From Aureliella sp. (lineage in GTDB: Bacteria > Planctomycetota > Planctomycetia > Pirellulales > Pirellulaceae): a DNA stretch of 64,000 bases. The translations under genes and the position numbers were made by a program. The DNA lies in NCBI GenBank assembly GCA_963691875.1, contig OY829846.1, forward strand, positions 3,584,001 to 3,648,000, given 5' to 3'. This document shows positions 18,568 through 28,402 of this stretch, piece by piece (positions within the stretch are counted from its first letter, which is position 1; every line of letters starts with the position of its first letter). The notes beneath the pieces were generated by a model. It saw only the letters and a program-made list of their open reading frames with translations, was not told the origin of the DNA and ran no database searches.

Positions 18568-20409
18568 ATGATGTCGCGCGGCCCTTGTTTTCCAACTTGC
18601 TGCATCTTTGCAGCACTTTTTTCGATGCCAGGATTGGCCGTTGCGGATGAGCAGGTCAAATACAAGCTCACCTTTCCAAAACACGAAAACCACTACGTAC
18701 AAGTCGAAGCAAGTTTCCGTGACTGTGGTCCGCAGCAGCAAGTCTTCATGCCAGTTTGGACGCCAGGATCTTATTTGATTCGCGAATACGCGCGTCATGT
18801 CGATTCGGTCGAAGCTTCCGATGCGAAGGGTACTAAGCTGGCGATCAAAAAAGTCAACAAGAACCGTTGGCAAGTGGACAACAGTGAGAAGCAATCATCA
18901 TTCACAGTGCGATATCGCATCTACTGCAACGAACTCAGCGTTCGCACCAACTTTGTCGACAGCCAGTTTGCTCTGCTAAACGGGGCTGCAGTCTTTCTCA
19001 CTAGGAACGAGTCTTTAGAACAAGAGCACGTCGTTGCGATCGAACTACCATCCCAATGGAAACAAGCCGTAACTGCTTTGGAGCGGCGTGTCGAGCTCGG
19101 AGCAAACGTATTCGTAGCGCGGAACTTCGACGAGCTCGTGGATTCGCCGATCGTAGCTGGCAATCCGAATTTGCATCCCTTCACTGTGGGCGGCATCGAG
19201 CACTTCTTGGTGAACCTGGGCGACGCGTCTTTGTGGGACGGCGACACGGCAGCTGCCGACGTGGCCAAGATTGTGGCAGAGCATCAGAAGATGTGGGGCC
19301 GGTCCCCCTACAAACGCTACCTCTTCCTGAACGTTATCGCCGAAAGTGGCGGCGGACTCGAGCACGACAACTCGACGGTCTTGCTAACAAGCCGCTGGAG
19401 TTTTCGTTCGCCCAACCGCTACAACAGCTGGCTAGGACTGGTCAGTCACGAGTTCTTTCACACTTGGAACGTACGTCGCCTGCGTCCCAAAGTCTTAGCC
19501 AACTACGACTACGAAGTGGAGAACTACTTCGAAGAGTTATGGGTCGCGGAAGGCGTCACTAGCTACTACGACGATCTGGCTCTAGCGCGGAGCGGATTCA
19601 ATAGCACTAGAAAGCACCTAGAAGACCTTTCCAAACGCATTCGTTCCCTACAAAACAAAAACGGCCGACTCAAGCAATCCTTGGCCCTATCTTCCCACGA
19701 TGCGTGGATCAAGTTCTATCGGCCTGACGAAAATAGCAGCAACACCAGCATTAGTTACTACAACAAAGGATCGGTTGTCGCATTCTTGCTCGACATCGAG
19801 ATCCGCCGCGCGACCGAGAACAAGAAATCGCTCGACGATGTCATGCGTGCCTTGTACGACAAATACGCTTTGAAAGAAGGTTACTCCAATGCCGATGTGC
19901 TGGCTGAGGTGAACCGGATCACCGGCAAGGACCTGAGTGAATGGTTCGATCGAGCCATCTACTCGACCGAAGAACTCAATTATCAAGCTGCCTTCGACTG
20001 GCTGGGACTGAAATTCGTCGTGCCAAGTTCTGGGGAAGAAGCTACGAAGGCTGCCGCCAATGGGCCTATTTGGACAGGCATTTCAACAAAGACAGAAGAT
20101 GGAAAAACGCTCGTCTCATCCATTGTTGAATCCGGGCCTGGTTTCGATGCAGGCATTAACGTCGACGATGAAATCATTGCAGTCAACGACTATCGTGTTT
20201 CCAGCAGCTTGTCAGAGCTACTAGACCAGTTCAAAGGGGACAAGGAAGTGGAGTTGCTCATCGCACGTCGCGGTGCACTCTCAAGGGTAAAACTTAAGTT
20301 GAAAACCCGTGCTTCATCCCTTTGGCGTGTCGACCTCGTTAAAAAACCCACCGTCGAGCAGAAAAAGAACCTGGCCACCTGGCTTCATCAGCCAGAGAAG
20401 AAAAAGTAG
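18568..20409 (+). CDS. M61 family metallopeptidase (glycyl aminopeptidase) with PDZ domain
   Basis: MPVWTPGSY, GGGLEH, HEFFHTWN, LWVAEG, SYYNKG, C-terminal PDZ; signal peptide. Confidence 0.93.
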   Translation: MMSRGPCFPTCCIFAALFSMPGLAVADEQVKYKLTFPKHENHYVQVEASFRDCGPQQQVFMPVWTPGSYLIREYARHVDSVEASDAKGTKLAIKKVNKNRWQVDNSEKQSSFTVRYRIYCNELSVRTNFVDSQFALLNGAAVFLTRNESLEQEHVVAIELPSQWKQAVTALERRVELGANVFVARNFDELVDSPIVAGNPNLHPFTVGGIEHFLVNLGDASLWDGDTAAADVAKIVAEHQKMWGRSPYKRYLFLNVIAESGGGLEHDNSTVLLTSRWSFRSPNRYNSWLGLVSHEFFHTWNVRRLRPKVLANYDYEVENYFEELWVAEGVTSYYDDLALARSGFNSTRKHLEDLSKRIRSLQNKNGRLKQSLALSSHDAWIKFYRPDENSSNTSISYYNKGSVVAFLLDIEIRRATENKKSLDDVMRALYDKYALKEGYSNADVLAEVNRITGKDLSEWFDRAIYSTEELNYQAAFDWLGLKFVVPSSGEEATKAAANGPIWTGISTKTEDGKTLVSSIVESGPGFDAGINVDDEIIAVNDYRVSSSLSELLDQFKGDKEVELLIARRGALSRVKLKLKTRASSLWRVDLVKKPTVEQKKNLATWLHQPEKKK

Positions 20410-20456
20410 TTGGACACTTCTTCAACTCGTCGGGTGAGCTTCCAAACACAGGATGC

Positions 20457-21930
20457 TTACCCCACTTTTCTTGACTTCCGCTCTTCGGCAGCGATCTCTG
20501 CGATACGTATGGCATTGCGGGTGTTGGATTCGCCGGAAGTTAGTTCCGCTTCGGCCCACGGCGCTTCCTTGTTTGCCAAAATCTGGCGCTCGGCCTCTTG
20601 CAGTTGACGGTAGCTGACCGACATCTCCTACGTCAGCTTTCGCTGCTATACCGCTGCTGCGGTCAACTGCAACTTGTCTTTTTGGATCAAATCCACCATG
20701 TCTTTGTATGAACGAGCGAGATACCCAATCTCTTTTCCGAATTCTGCTTCAACATTATTCGAATCCGAGTAGTCCGAACTCTTCGTAGCCTTGTGCATAG
20801 CATTTGCCAGGTCGATAACGCTTGAAGTCGCTCCGTGCTCAGCAACGTTCAGGCCGACTGCTTCTCTTTCAGTTACTCGAAGTGGAGTAAAGAGCTTTAT
20901 GATCTTCAAGCCCAAATAGCCACAACCGAAAGACTATAAAACACAAATCTATACACCCGTGTCTTGAGTGCCGAGTTGCCCGATACAAGTAACGTCTTCC
21001 GGCAGATGCTGAGGCAGATAAAAAACCGCTACGCAAAGCAATCCCCCAGGCTCCCTCAAAACCGTGAACCGCAATAGTCCCAACCACATCGTCAAGCTTC
21101 AACGCCTCCTCGATAAACAGCATGTCAAATAGCAACAAGGCTCCTGAAGTGAGACCAATCATCGCAGCACCAAAAGTGCTCACACAAGCACAACCTGCTG
21201 TGACGCCCACCAGACCGCCCAGCAGCTCGTTCGCGATCACGTCAGGTTCTGGTCTCTTGGTTGGCCCAAACCAAGAGACGATGGCGGCCGAAAGAGCTCC
21301 AAAGCAAGCCACCAGAATGGTGTTCATCGCAATTCCAGCGATATCTGTCGTTGCAGCCAACGCACTTCCACAGTTGAAGCCCAACCAACCGAAACACAAG
21401 ATGAAAATGCCGAGTTAGACCATGACTAGACTATGAGACTGAATTCGGCGAGGATGACCATGCTGATCAAACTTGCCGGTTCGCGGACCTACTGCAATCA
21501 ATCCTGCCAAAGCGATCCAACCGCCGAGTGAGTGAACCATTGTCGAACCAGCGAAGTCAATGAAGCCCAGCGACGCGAGCTATTCTGGTGTCTCGCCGGT
21601 ATAGAAACTGCCCCAGGTCCAGTGTCCAATAACGGGGTAAACGAGTACGGAAATAACGAACTAGATGACCAAGTAAGCTTTGAAACTCGTACGTTCCGCC
21701 AGTGCACCAGAATCAACTGTGGCTGCTGTTCCGCAGAATACTGCTTGGAAGATAAAGAAGACTGGAAGCCGTGGATCATCACTAACGAACACCAGAAAAT
21801 CCGACGTTCCGAACAATCCCATGTAGCTAGCATCGCATATGATGCCGAAACCCTACAGCCAGTACACGGAAATTGAAGGCACTAAGTCGCCCATGTTCTT
21901 GACCGCGACGTAGATAGAATTCTTCGTCCT
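20457..21930 (-). pseudogene. amt: Ammonium transporter (Amt) with HAMP-like/coiled-coil C-terminal extension, pseudogene
   Basis: RTKNSIYVAVKN, FQAVFCGTAATVDSGALAER, YPVIGHWTW, DFAGSTMVHSLGG, FGWLGFN, LDDVVGTIAVHG, GLNVAEHG; stops at 21853, 21661, 21580, 21415 and a frameshift near 21030. Confidence 0.9.
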
Positions 21931-22003
21931 CAGTTTTGCCTGCAACCCAACAACCAGTCAACGCTAGGACCTGTTGAATAATTCGGAAATCAAGGGTTCG
22001 CAA

Positions 22004-24316
22004 TTAATCAACAGAACCCTGCTTGGCAAGTGTCTGCACCTTGCCAGCCTCCATGACGAATACACCCAGTCCATGCGTCCCGGCGACTAGCGTGTTGTCG
22101 CGAGGATGCACGAACAGGTCGTGGACAGCCACGGTTGGCAAGTTATTACAGAGCGAATTCCACTTCTTGCCACCGTCGGTGCTTACATAGGTCCCAAGAT
22201 CCGTTCCCACGTAAAGTAAGTCTTTCACCTTCGGGTCTTCGCGAATGACATGAATTGGTTCCAGCGGTAGGCCGACTGATATATCTTGCCATGACGTGCC
22301 GCCATCGTCGCAGCGGAAAACAAACGGCTTGAAGTTGTCGTATCGCATTCCAGTCATCGTGACATAGAACCGCTGTGAATCATGTGGCGAAAACTCGATA
22401 CGCGAAATTTGCAGGTCTGGAAGCTCGTGGTCTATCTGCTTCCAGTTTGCACCATCATCGTGTGTCAACCATAAGTTGCCGTTGTCCGTGCCAGCCAGCA
22501 GTGTTCCTTCCACGTGAGGCGACTCGGCCAAAGCTGTCACGGCCTGATAGAGTAAGTTCGGAGAATCTGGACCTTTCGTCAAATCTGGACTGATCACTCG
22601 CCATACATCGCCCCGGTTTTCTGACTTAAAAACACGTTGCGCCCCGACATATAGATGCTTGGATTCGTAGCGAGAAGGAAAATAGGGCGTCATCCAAGCA
22701 AAACGCAGCGGCTCATTTCCCAGTTGCTGAGGGCGAATCGACTTCGAGCGATCCGCACTCACACTCTGGCGATGCAGTCCACCATATTGGCTTTCGTAGT
22801 AGATTGTGTCGGAGTCATTGGGATCGCGATAAGTGAAGTAAGCATCACCGCCTCCCCACCTGTCGATGTAAATCTGTGTCCACTCATCGAGGGAGCCATC
22901 TTCGGGTCGATGTGTATTAGGACCAAATAGCGCCGCGTTGTCTTGCGTTCCGATATAGATATTAAATGGCTGCTCCATGTCGTAGGTTGCGGCGTAGACT
23001 TCGGCGATCGGCAGATTGTTCAAGTGCAACCAATTCTCGCAGCGATCGTAACTCATATACAAACCGCCGTCGTTTCCAAAGACAACTCGATCGGTGTTCT
23101 CGGGATCGATCCACATTGAATGTGTATCCAAGTGCAGGACGCGAGACTTGTGAGGCTGCAAGCGGGAGATGTTTCCACCGATCTTGGTGAATGTCTGTCC
23201 GCCATCGCGTGAGACGAATGAGTTCTGACCGATATTGTAGACTTCGTTCTCGTTGTCTGGCGAGATGCAAATTTCACACCAATCCCAACTCGCACGAACC
23301 GGCTGCTCATTGACTCTACTCCATGACTCGCCGCCATCACTCGAGCGATAAAGTGCATCGCCTCGCTGGTCATCCACCAAAGCATAGACGACTTTCGAGT
23401 TACTAGCCGCGACATCAATCGCGATTCGCCCAACTTCGGCACCAGATACCAGGCCGCCTTCTAGTCGCCGCCAGTTTGCCCCTCCATCTGTACTTCTGTA
23501 AACACCGCTTGTTTCACCGTAGTGATTGGCTCCGTACAGAGCCCGACGCCAAGTCGTTGCGAATAGCGTTTGCGAGTCCCCTGGTGAGATGACGAGATCG
23601 ATGGCAGAAGTGAACTCGTCAAGATAAAGCACTTTCTCCCACGTCTTGCCGCCATCGCAAGTCTTGAAGACGCCGCGCTCTTCGTTGGTCGTTGCGAGAC
23701 GCCCCATCGCAGCCACATAGACTGTCTGCTCGTCGCTGGGGTCGATGCAAACGCGAGCGATGTGATGAGTATCGTGCAGCCCCATGTTCTCCCAAGTTTT
23801 ACCAGCATCAATCGATTTGAAAACACCGATACCGGGAATCGTCGAACGCGGCGTCATCAGCACTTCACCCGTTCCAACCCATACATGATCCGGATTGGAA
23901 CCGGCAACGGCAACATCACCGATGGCAGCGGTGGCTTCGCCCTGAAAAATCGGCCGCCAAGTCGTTCCATTGTTGACTGTCTTCCACAAACCTCCAGAGC
24001 CGACGCCAACATACATCGTGTTCATCTGCCCCGGGGCGTCACGCGGTGGAACAGCAATCGCCTCAATCCTTCCGCCCTGCTTGCGCGGCCCAACCGCCTC
24101 CCAAGCCAGCTCTCTGAAGGGCGAAGTCTGCTCAAGCCGCTGATGAAGCTGCCAGGAATTCACGCGCGCCTTGGCCGAGGTCGGCGCAGGCAATGGCTTT
24201 GTAGCTTGCGACTCCTGGGCATTCACACGATGGACAAGCAAGGCTAGGACGAGGAAGACCTTGAGCGTTCGGGAGTTTTTGCTCAGAGAATGAGGGATAT
24301 AGTTCGATACGATCAA
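22004..24316 (-). CDS. BNR/Asp-box (VPS10/sortilin-like) beta-propeller glycosyl hydrolase-like protein
   Basis: Repeated SxDGGxxW Asp-boxes, GGLWKT, GTQDN, GTHGLG; signal peptide. Confidence 0.88.
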   Translation of the reverse strand: MIVSNYIPHSLSKNSRTLKVFLVLALLVHRVNAQESQATKPLPAPTSAKARVNSWQLHQRLEQTSPFRELAWEAVGPRKQGGRIEAIAVPPRDAPGQMNTMYVGVGSGGLWKTVNNGTTWRPIFQGEATAAIGDVAVAGSNPDHVWVGTGEVLMTPRSTIPGIGVFKSIDAGKTWENMGLHDTHHIARVCIDPSDEQTVYVAAMGRLATTNEERGVFKTCDGGKTWEKVLYLDEFTSAIDLVISPGDSQTLFATTWRRALYGANHYGETSGVYRSTDGGANWRRLEGGLVSGAEVGRIAIDVAASNSKVVYALVDDQRGDALYRSSDGGESWSRVNEQPVRASWDWCEICISPDNENEVYNIGQNSFVSRDGGQTFTKIGGNISRLQPHKSRVLHLDTHSMWIDPENTDRVVFGNDGGLYMSYDRCENWLHLNNLPIAEVYAATYDMEQPFNIYIGTQDNAALFGPNTHRPEDGSLDEWTQIYIDRWGGGDAYFTYRDPNDSDTIYYESQYGGLHRQSVSADRSKSIRPQQLGNEPLRFAWMTPYFPSRYESKHLYVGAQRVFKSENRGDVWRVISPDLTKGPDSPNLLYQAVTALAESPHVEGTLLAGTDNGNLWLTHDDGANWKQIDHELPDLQISRIEFSPHDSQRFYVTMTGMRYDNFKPFVFRCDDGGTSWQDISVGLPLEPIHVIREDPKVKDLLYVGTDLGTYVSTDGGKKWNSLCNNLPTVAVHDLFVHPRDNTLVAGTHGLGVFVMEAGKVQTLAKQGSVD

Positions 24317-24359
24317 TACCTATTCCTATGGTCAGAGGATCAACAAAAAATGCAACAAT

Positions 24360-25124
24360 TCAGATCTTCGCATCACGCAGCGCGGGGAACTTGCTACGCC
24401 AGCGTCGCGTTTCGTCAAAGTCATAGTTGGTCGACACAACTTTTTCCGATGTATCGCATTCAAAAATGCTATTGCCCATATGATCGAAGGCACTGCTGCG
24501 GCCGTCAAAAACGAGGCCAGGTTCTTCCCCGCATCGATTGACGCCCACCACGCAGGCCAGGTTTTCAATGGCTCTGGCTTGAAGCAGTCGCACCCAATGC
24601 TCAGATCGCTTAGCAGGCCAGCAGGCAATAACACAGATTAACTCAGCACCGGCCAAAGCAGCTGGACGAAATCGTTCGGGAAATCGCAGGTCGTAGCAGA
24701 TAAATGGTGCGATCTTGACACCTTGCCACTCGAAAATCGAGTAGCCTTCCCCCGCCGGATAGCTCTCGTCTTCGCCTGAAAGCGTGAATGGCTGTTGCTT
24801 CTGATACCGAACCAGTTCGCTTCCATTCGGTGCGAAAGCAACTGCTTCGTTCTTTCCGGTCGCGTGTGGTCCTGGACTTGCAATCCCCCCAAGCATGGCA
24901 CAGTCGTACTTGGCAGCCAGCTCCTTAAGCAAGGCTTCACCTTCTCGATCCGTGCTTTGGGCGGCTACCGAAGCATTCATCGTGAAGCCGGTTTCGAACA
25001 TCTCTGGCAAAACGACTAGGCTGCCAGCCGAAGGAGAATTCTCCGCCAATAAAGCGCGCACTCGCTTGTGGTTGGCGGACTTGTCTTCCCAAGCCATGTT
25101 GAGTTGTACTGCGTAGACTTGCAT
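24360..25124 (-). CDS. Carbon-nitrogen hydrolase (nitrilase superfamily, omega-amidase-like)
   Basis: LPEMF, YQKQQPF, ICYDLRFPE triad motifs; ARAIEN. Confidence 0.92.
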   Translation of the reverse strand: MQVYAVQLNMAWEDKSANHKRVRALLAENSPSAGSLVVLPEMFETGFTMNASVAAQSTDREGEALLKELAAKYDCAMLGGIASPGPHATGKNEAVAFAPNGSELVRYQKQQPFTLSGEDESYPAGEGYSIFEWQGVKIAPFICYDLRFPERFRPAALAGAELICVIACWPAKRSEHWVRLLQARAIENLACVVGVNRCGEEPGLVFDGRSSAFDHMGNSIFECDTSEKVVSTNYDFDETRRWRSKFPALRDAKI

Positions 25125-25210
25125 GATGTTGCCTCGCGAATTTTAAGAGTGCCGGCTCCGCTCGTTTCCCTCACGAATCTCCCTCAGGGAGAGTCAATCA
25201 TTTGTCGCGA

Positions 25211-26410
25211 TTATAGGCCTAGATGCTCATCGAGTAACTGCCAGCAGACGAGCTGCATTCGCGGGAAGTGGAAAGGCCCCTTCCAAAGGTTGCCTTTCAG
25301 GCTGGAGCTTAACGAACCGTCTCGTCGCAGGTAGCCAAACCACTCGCCATGCTCCGCATCCGCAAAGTGACGGTAGGACCAGTCGTGAACTTGTTGGTGC
25401 ATCGCAGCAAACTGCGCATCGCCTGTGAGTAGATAGGCGAGCAGTGAAGCGATGATGGTTTCATTGTGTGGCCACCAGAACTTCATGTCGTGCCAATACT
25501 CCTGAACTTGGCCGCCGCCTAAGTCGGTGAAGTAGAGCATGCCGCCAAGCTCGGTGTCCCAACCACGCTTCCACATCCAGCGTAGCATTTTCAGACCAAG
25601 TTCGATCAGCCGCTGATCATTGCGAAGCTTGCCTTCGAGCATGATAAACCAAGCGCCTTCGATAGCATGACCCGGGTTGAGTGTTCGACCATCAAAGTGG
25701 TCAATAATCTCACCCGCCGGACCAACACTCTCCATGACTACTTCCAGGTCGTCTTTGACGAACTCCCGCTCTATCTTTTCGATGGCAAAGTCGATCCATT
25801 CGTCCGCTGCTTCCCAACTGATCGCCTCACGAAGTTCCTGCGCCGTGACAATCGTGATCATTGGGAAACCAATGCTCTGCATCGGACGAGTGGCTTCAAA
25901 CTTGGCAAGCTCAGGTGGTGGATTCAAATTATGCTGAATGAATTGCTCTGCCAAACGCGCTGCCAGCCGGGCGTAAGGCTGACTATCGGTGGCGCGAGCA
26001 TACTGAGCCATCGCGATTGCCGCAAAACTCTCTGAGAAAGCGTATCGACGCTTGCGAATCGGCTGCCCAGCCTGCGTCACATGAAACCACATGCGGCCAT
26101 CAATGGGATCAATGCAACGTTCTTGAATAAAACGGATACCGAGTTCGGCCGCTGCGAGCCATTCCGAGTTCGGTTCAACGGTGTTATACAGCTTTCCGAG
26201 TAGCCAAGCAAAACGACCCTGCTGCCAAACGCCTTTATCGGAATCAACTAAGCTGCCGTCGCGAGCAAGCGACATGGTGTATCCACCGTAGTCGTGATCC
26301 AGCGCGTGCTTTAACCAGAATGGCAGCGTGTCGTTCAGCAAACCATCGCGATACGCGTCACGAAGTGACGATGGTCGCTGAAACAACAGGTAGTCGCCTG
26401 CGGAATTCAT
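25211..26410 (-). CDS. N-acyl-D-glucosamine 2-epimerase (AGE family)
   Basis: DKGVWQQGR, NPGHAIEGAWF, KFWWPHNE, GEWFGYL, KGPFHFPR. Confidence 0.93.
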   Translation of the reverse strand: MNSAGDYLLFQRPSSLRDAYRDGLLNDTLPFWLKHALDHDYGGYTMSLARDGSLVDSDKGVWQQGRFAWLLGKLYNTVEPNSEWLAAAELGIRFIQERCIDPIDGRMWFHVTQAGQPIRKRRYAFSESFAAIAMAQYARATDSQPYARLAARLAEQFIQHNLNPPPELAKFEATRPMQSIGFPMITIVTAQELREAISWEAADEWIDFAIEKIEREFVKDDLEVVMESVGPAGEIIDHFDGRTLNPGHAIEGAWFIMLEGKLRNDQRLIELGLKMLRWMWKRGWDTELGGMLYFTDLGGGQVQEYWHDMKFWWPHNETIIASLLAYLLTGDAQFAAMHQQVHDWSYRHFADAEHGEWFGYLRRDGSLSSSLKGNLWKGPFHFPRMQLVCWQLLDEHLGL

Positions 26411-26451
26411 CTCGGCCTTAGCTCCTTCTCAGGCAAATCCGCGACAAGCTT

Positions 26452-27285
26452 TTACTTGTCCAAATGAATGCGAGCACCGATATCACGAAGCGCGGTTAGC
26501 TGCTCCTCAGTCTTGCCGCCCATGGGATTGCCCTTAAGGTAGATGCGCCAGAACGGTGCAAAGCGTTGTCCTTTGTCACCCTTTGCCATTTCGACCAAAA
26601 CACCAAGATCGCTAAGGCGATTGTTCTTCAGGTTTAGATACTTTAGCTCCGTCAACGGCTTCAGAAAGCTCAAGTCCTTGATGCGGCAGTCACGAAGGTC
26701 GCAAGAGCTGAGCCACTTGAGACTTCCGACAGGTGTAAAGTCTTTCACCGGATTGCCAGCTAGATACAGCGTCCACACCTTAGGTAAGTTTTCGACAACC
26801 TTGATGTCTTCGATTGTATTGTCACTCAGGTAGAGCGAACGCATGTTGGTCATCTTCTGCAGTGCCGAAAGGTCTGTTACTTCATTACGCGACAATTCTA
26901 GATACTGAACGCGTTCCAATTCGGCGAGCGGACTTATATCCTCGATTTCGTTGCCAGCCAGATTAATCGACTGCAGAAGCTTCAAACCCGCGAGCTGAGA
27001 CACACCCTTGATACTGTTGTTTTCGAGATCGATCTCTTGGACAGCAATGCAATGTTCCAGGCCCGTCAGATCCTTGATCTCCTTGCCCTTGGCGTGGACT
27101 TGAGAGATGTTGCGGACATCATCCTTTGTGATCGGCTCTTTGTTGTAGCGCTTCGCAAAAACTTCTTTCCGCACTGCGTCTTCAAGCGCTTTGTCTGGAA
27201 AAATGCTTTGCGCCCAACAAGGCGAGCACACGAGCAGAAGAAGGAATGCGACGCAGTTGGAACGAGCAAAGAAAAGGTGATTCAT
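26452..27285 (-). CDS. Secreted leucine-rich repeat protein (internalin-like)
   Basis: Signal peptide; 22-residue LxxLxLxxNxIxDxxxL repeats. Confidence 0.9.
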   Translation of the reverse strand: MNHLFFARSNCVAFLLLLVCSPCWAQSIFPDKALEDAVRKEVFAKRYNKEPITKDDVRNISQVHAKGKEIKDLTGLEHCIAVQEIDLENNSIKGVSQLAGLKLLQSINLAGNEIEDISPLAELERVQYLELSRNEVTDLSALQKMTNMRSLYLSDNTIEDIKVVENLPKVWTLYLAGNPVKDFTPVGSLKWLSSCDLRDCRIKDLSFLKPLTELKYLNLKNNRLSDLGVLVEMAKGDKGQRFAPFWRIYLKGNPMGGKTEEQLTALRDIGARIHLDK

Positions 27286-27677
27286 TTCGACTAGTTCGGG
27301 CTGGGGGAATGTGGTGAGGTGAGCCAGTGGAGTACACTTCCGCTACCTCCAATGCTCCAGAACATATGGTAATCGCATCGTATTCCCGCTGCCATTCCCT
27401 GGACGACTCGAGCAAGCGAGCTTCAAGTTGGAGAGATCTCGCAGAAGTCCTGCGTCGCGAGGTATGGGGCCACCCGAGTCCGCTATTTTCTATTCGCCCG
27501 GCTCACCTCGAACGGCCATTCAATTCGTGAACTTACCCCCAAGCCTAACATAGAGGCAATACCCGCTTTACGAGGTTGGAAAAAGCAAAGGAATGACGCG
27601 CCCGCCCCCGGATGTGTGTCATAATTCTCTAGATTTGTTTTTCAGCACAGTTTTGCCAACTCTGGCGGTATTGGTCC

Positions 27678-28316
27678 TTGAATATCTTGCTGACAGCCTT
27701 TGAGCCCTATGGTGACTGGAACGAAAATTCCAGTTGGCTGACGCTAATGGAATTCTTGAAGGACTCGCCCGCAAACCTCAACCTGGTAACGCGTCGCTAT
27801 CCGGTAGAGCTCCAAGCTCTGAAAGAAAGGCTCGCGAAAGATCTTGACGAGCGTTTCGACGCGATTCTTCACCTCGGCCAGGCCCCAGGTAGCTCTTCGG
27901 TTCAGCTCGAATCCATCGCGCTCAACGTAGCTTGCTGTGTCGAAGATCAAGGTGAAGAGCTTCCGCCAATTGAGCCGGAAGGGCCACTAGCGTTTAAGAG
28001 CCGAATGCCATTAGGACGCTGGGCGGAACTACTTCGTGCCGAGAAAATTCCGGCAAGCGTCTCGTACCATGCTGGTACATTCTTATGCAACGCCACCATG
28101 TACTTGTCGCATCTGTCCTACGAAAAAGACCCTGCTGCTCCATTCATTGGCTTCGTGCATTTACCTCTCGCTACAGAACAAGTCGCTGCGTCGCAACGCC
28201 CCACCGCGTCACTGCCAATTAAGACGATGGCACAAGCCTTAGAACTACTCTTGTTAGATTTGGCTGACTGTCATTCTGCCTTGCCGAAGAAACGCTCTCG
28301 CGCATCACAAGTTTAA
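27678..28316 (+). CDS. pcp: Pyroglutamyl-peptidase I
   Basis: LLTAFEP, HLGQA, QLESIA, SYHAGTFLCN, GFVHLP (E-C-H triad). Confidence 0.92.
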   Translation: MNILLTAFEPYGDWNENSSWLTLMEFLKDSPANLNLVTRRYPVELQALKERLAKDLDERFDAILHLGQAPGSSSVQLESIALNVACCVEDQGEELPPIEPEGPLAFKSRMPLGRWAELLRAEKIPASVSYHAGTFLCNATMYLSHLSYEKDPAAPFIGFVHLPLATEQVAASQRPTASLPIKTMAQALELLLLDLADCHSALPKKRSRASQV

Positions 28317-28402
28317 TTCTTCACACAAAAGAAAAACCGTTACCAATTCGAAGGAACTGGCGACGGCATTTGGAACGTTGGGAATAAACTCCGAAATCTC
28401 GA

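Noticed and set aside
17956..21930. Stop-codon reassignment (TAG read-through) suggested by many in-frame TAGs in amt and the NTF2-like gene
   Set aside because: TAA, TGA and frameshifts occur in the same genes, and TAG correctly terminates intact genes such as thrS and the M61 peptidase.
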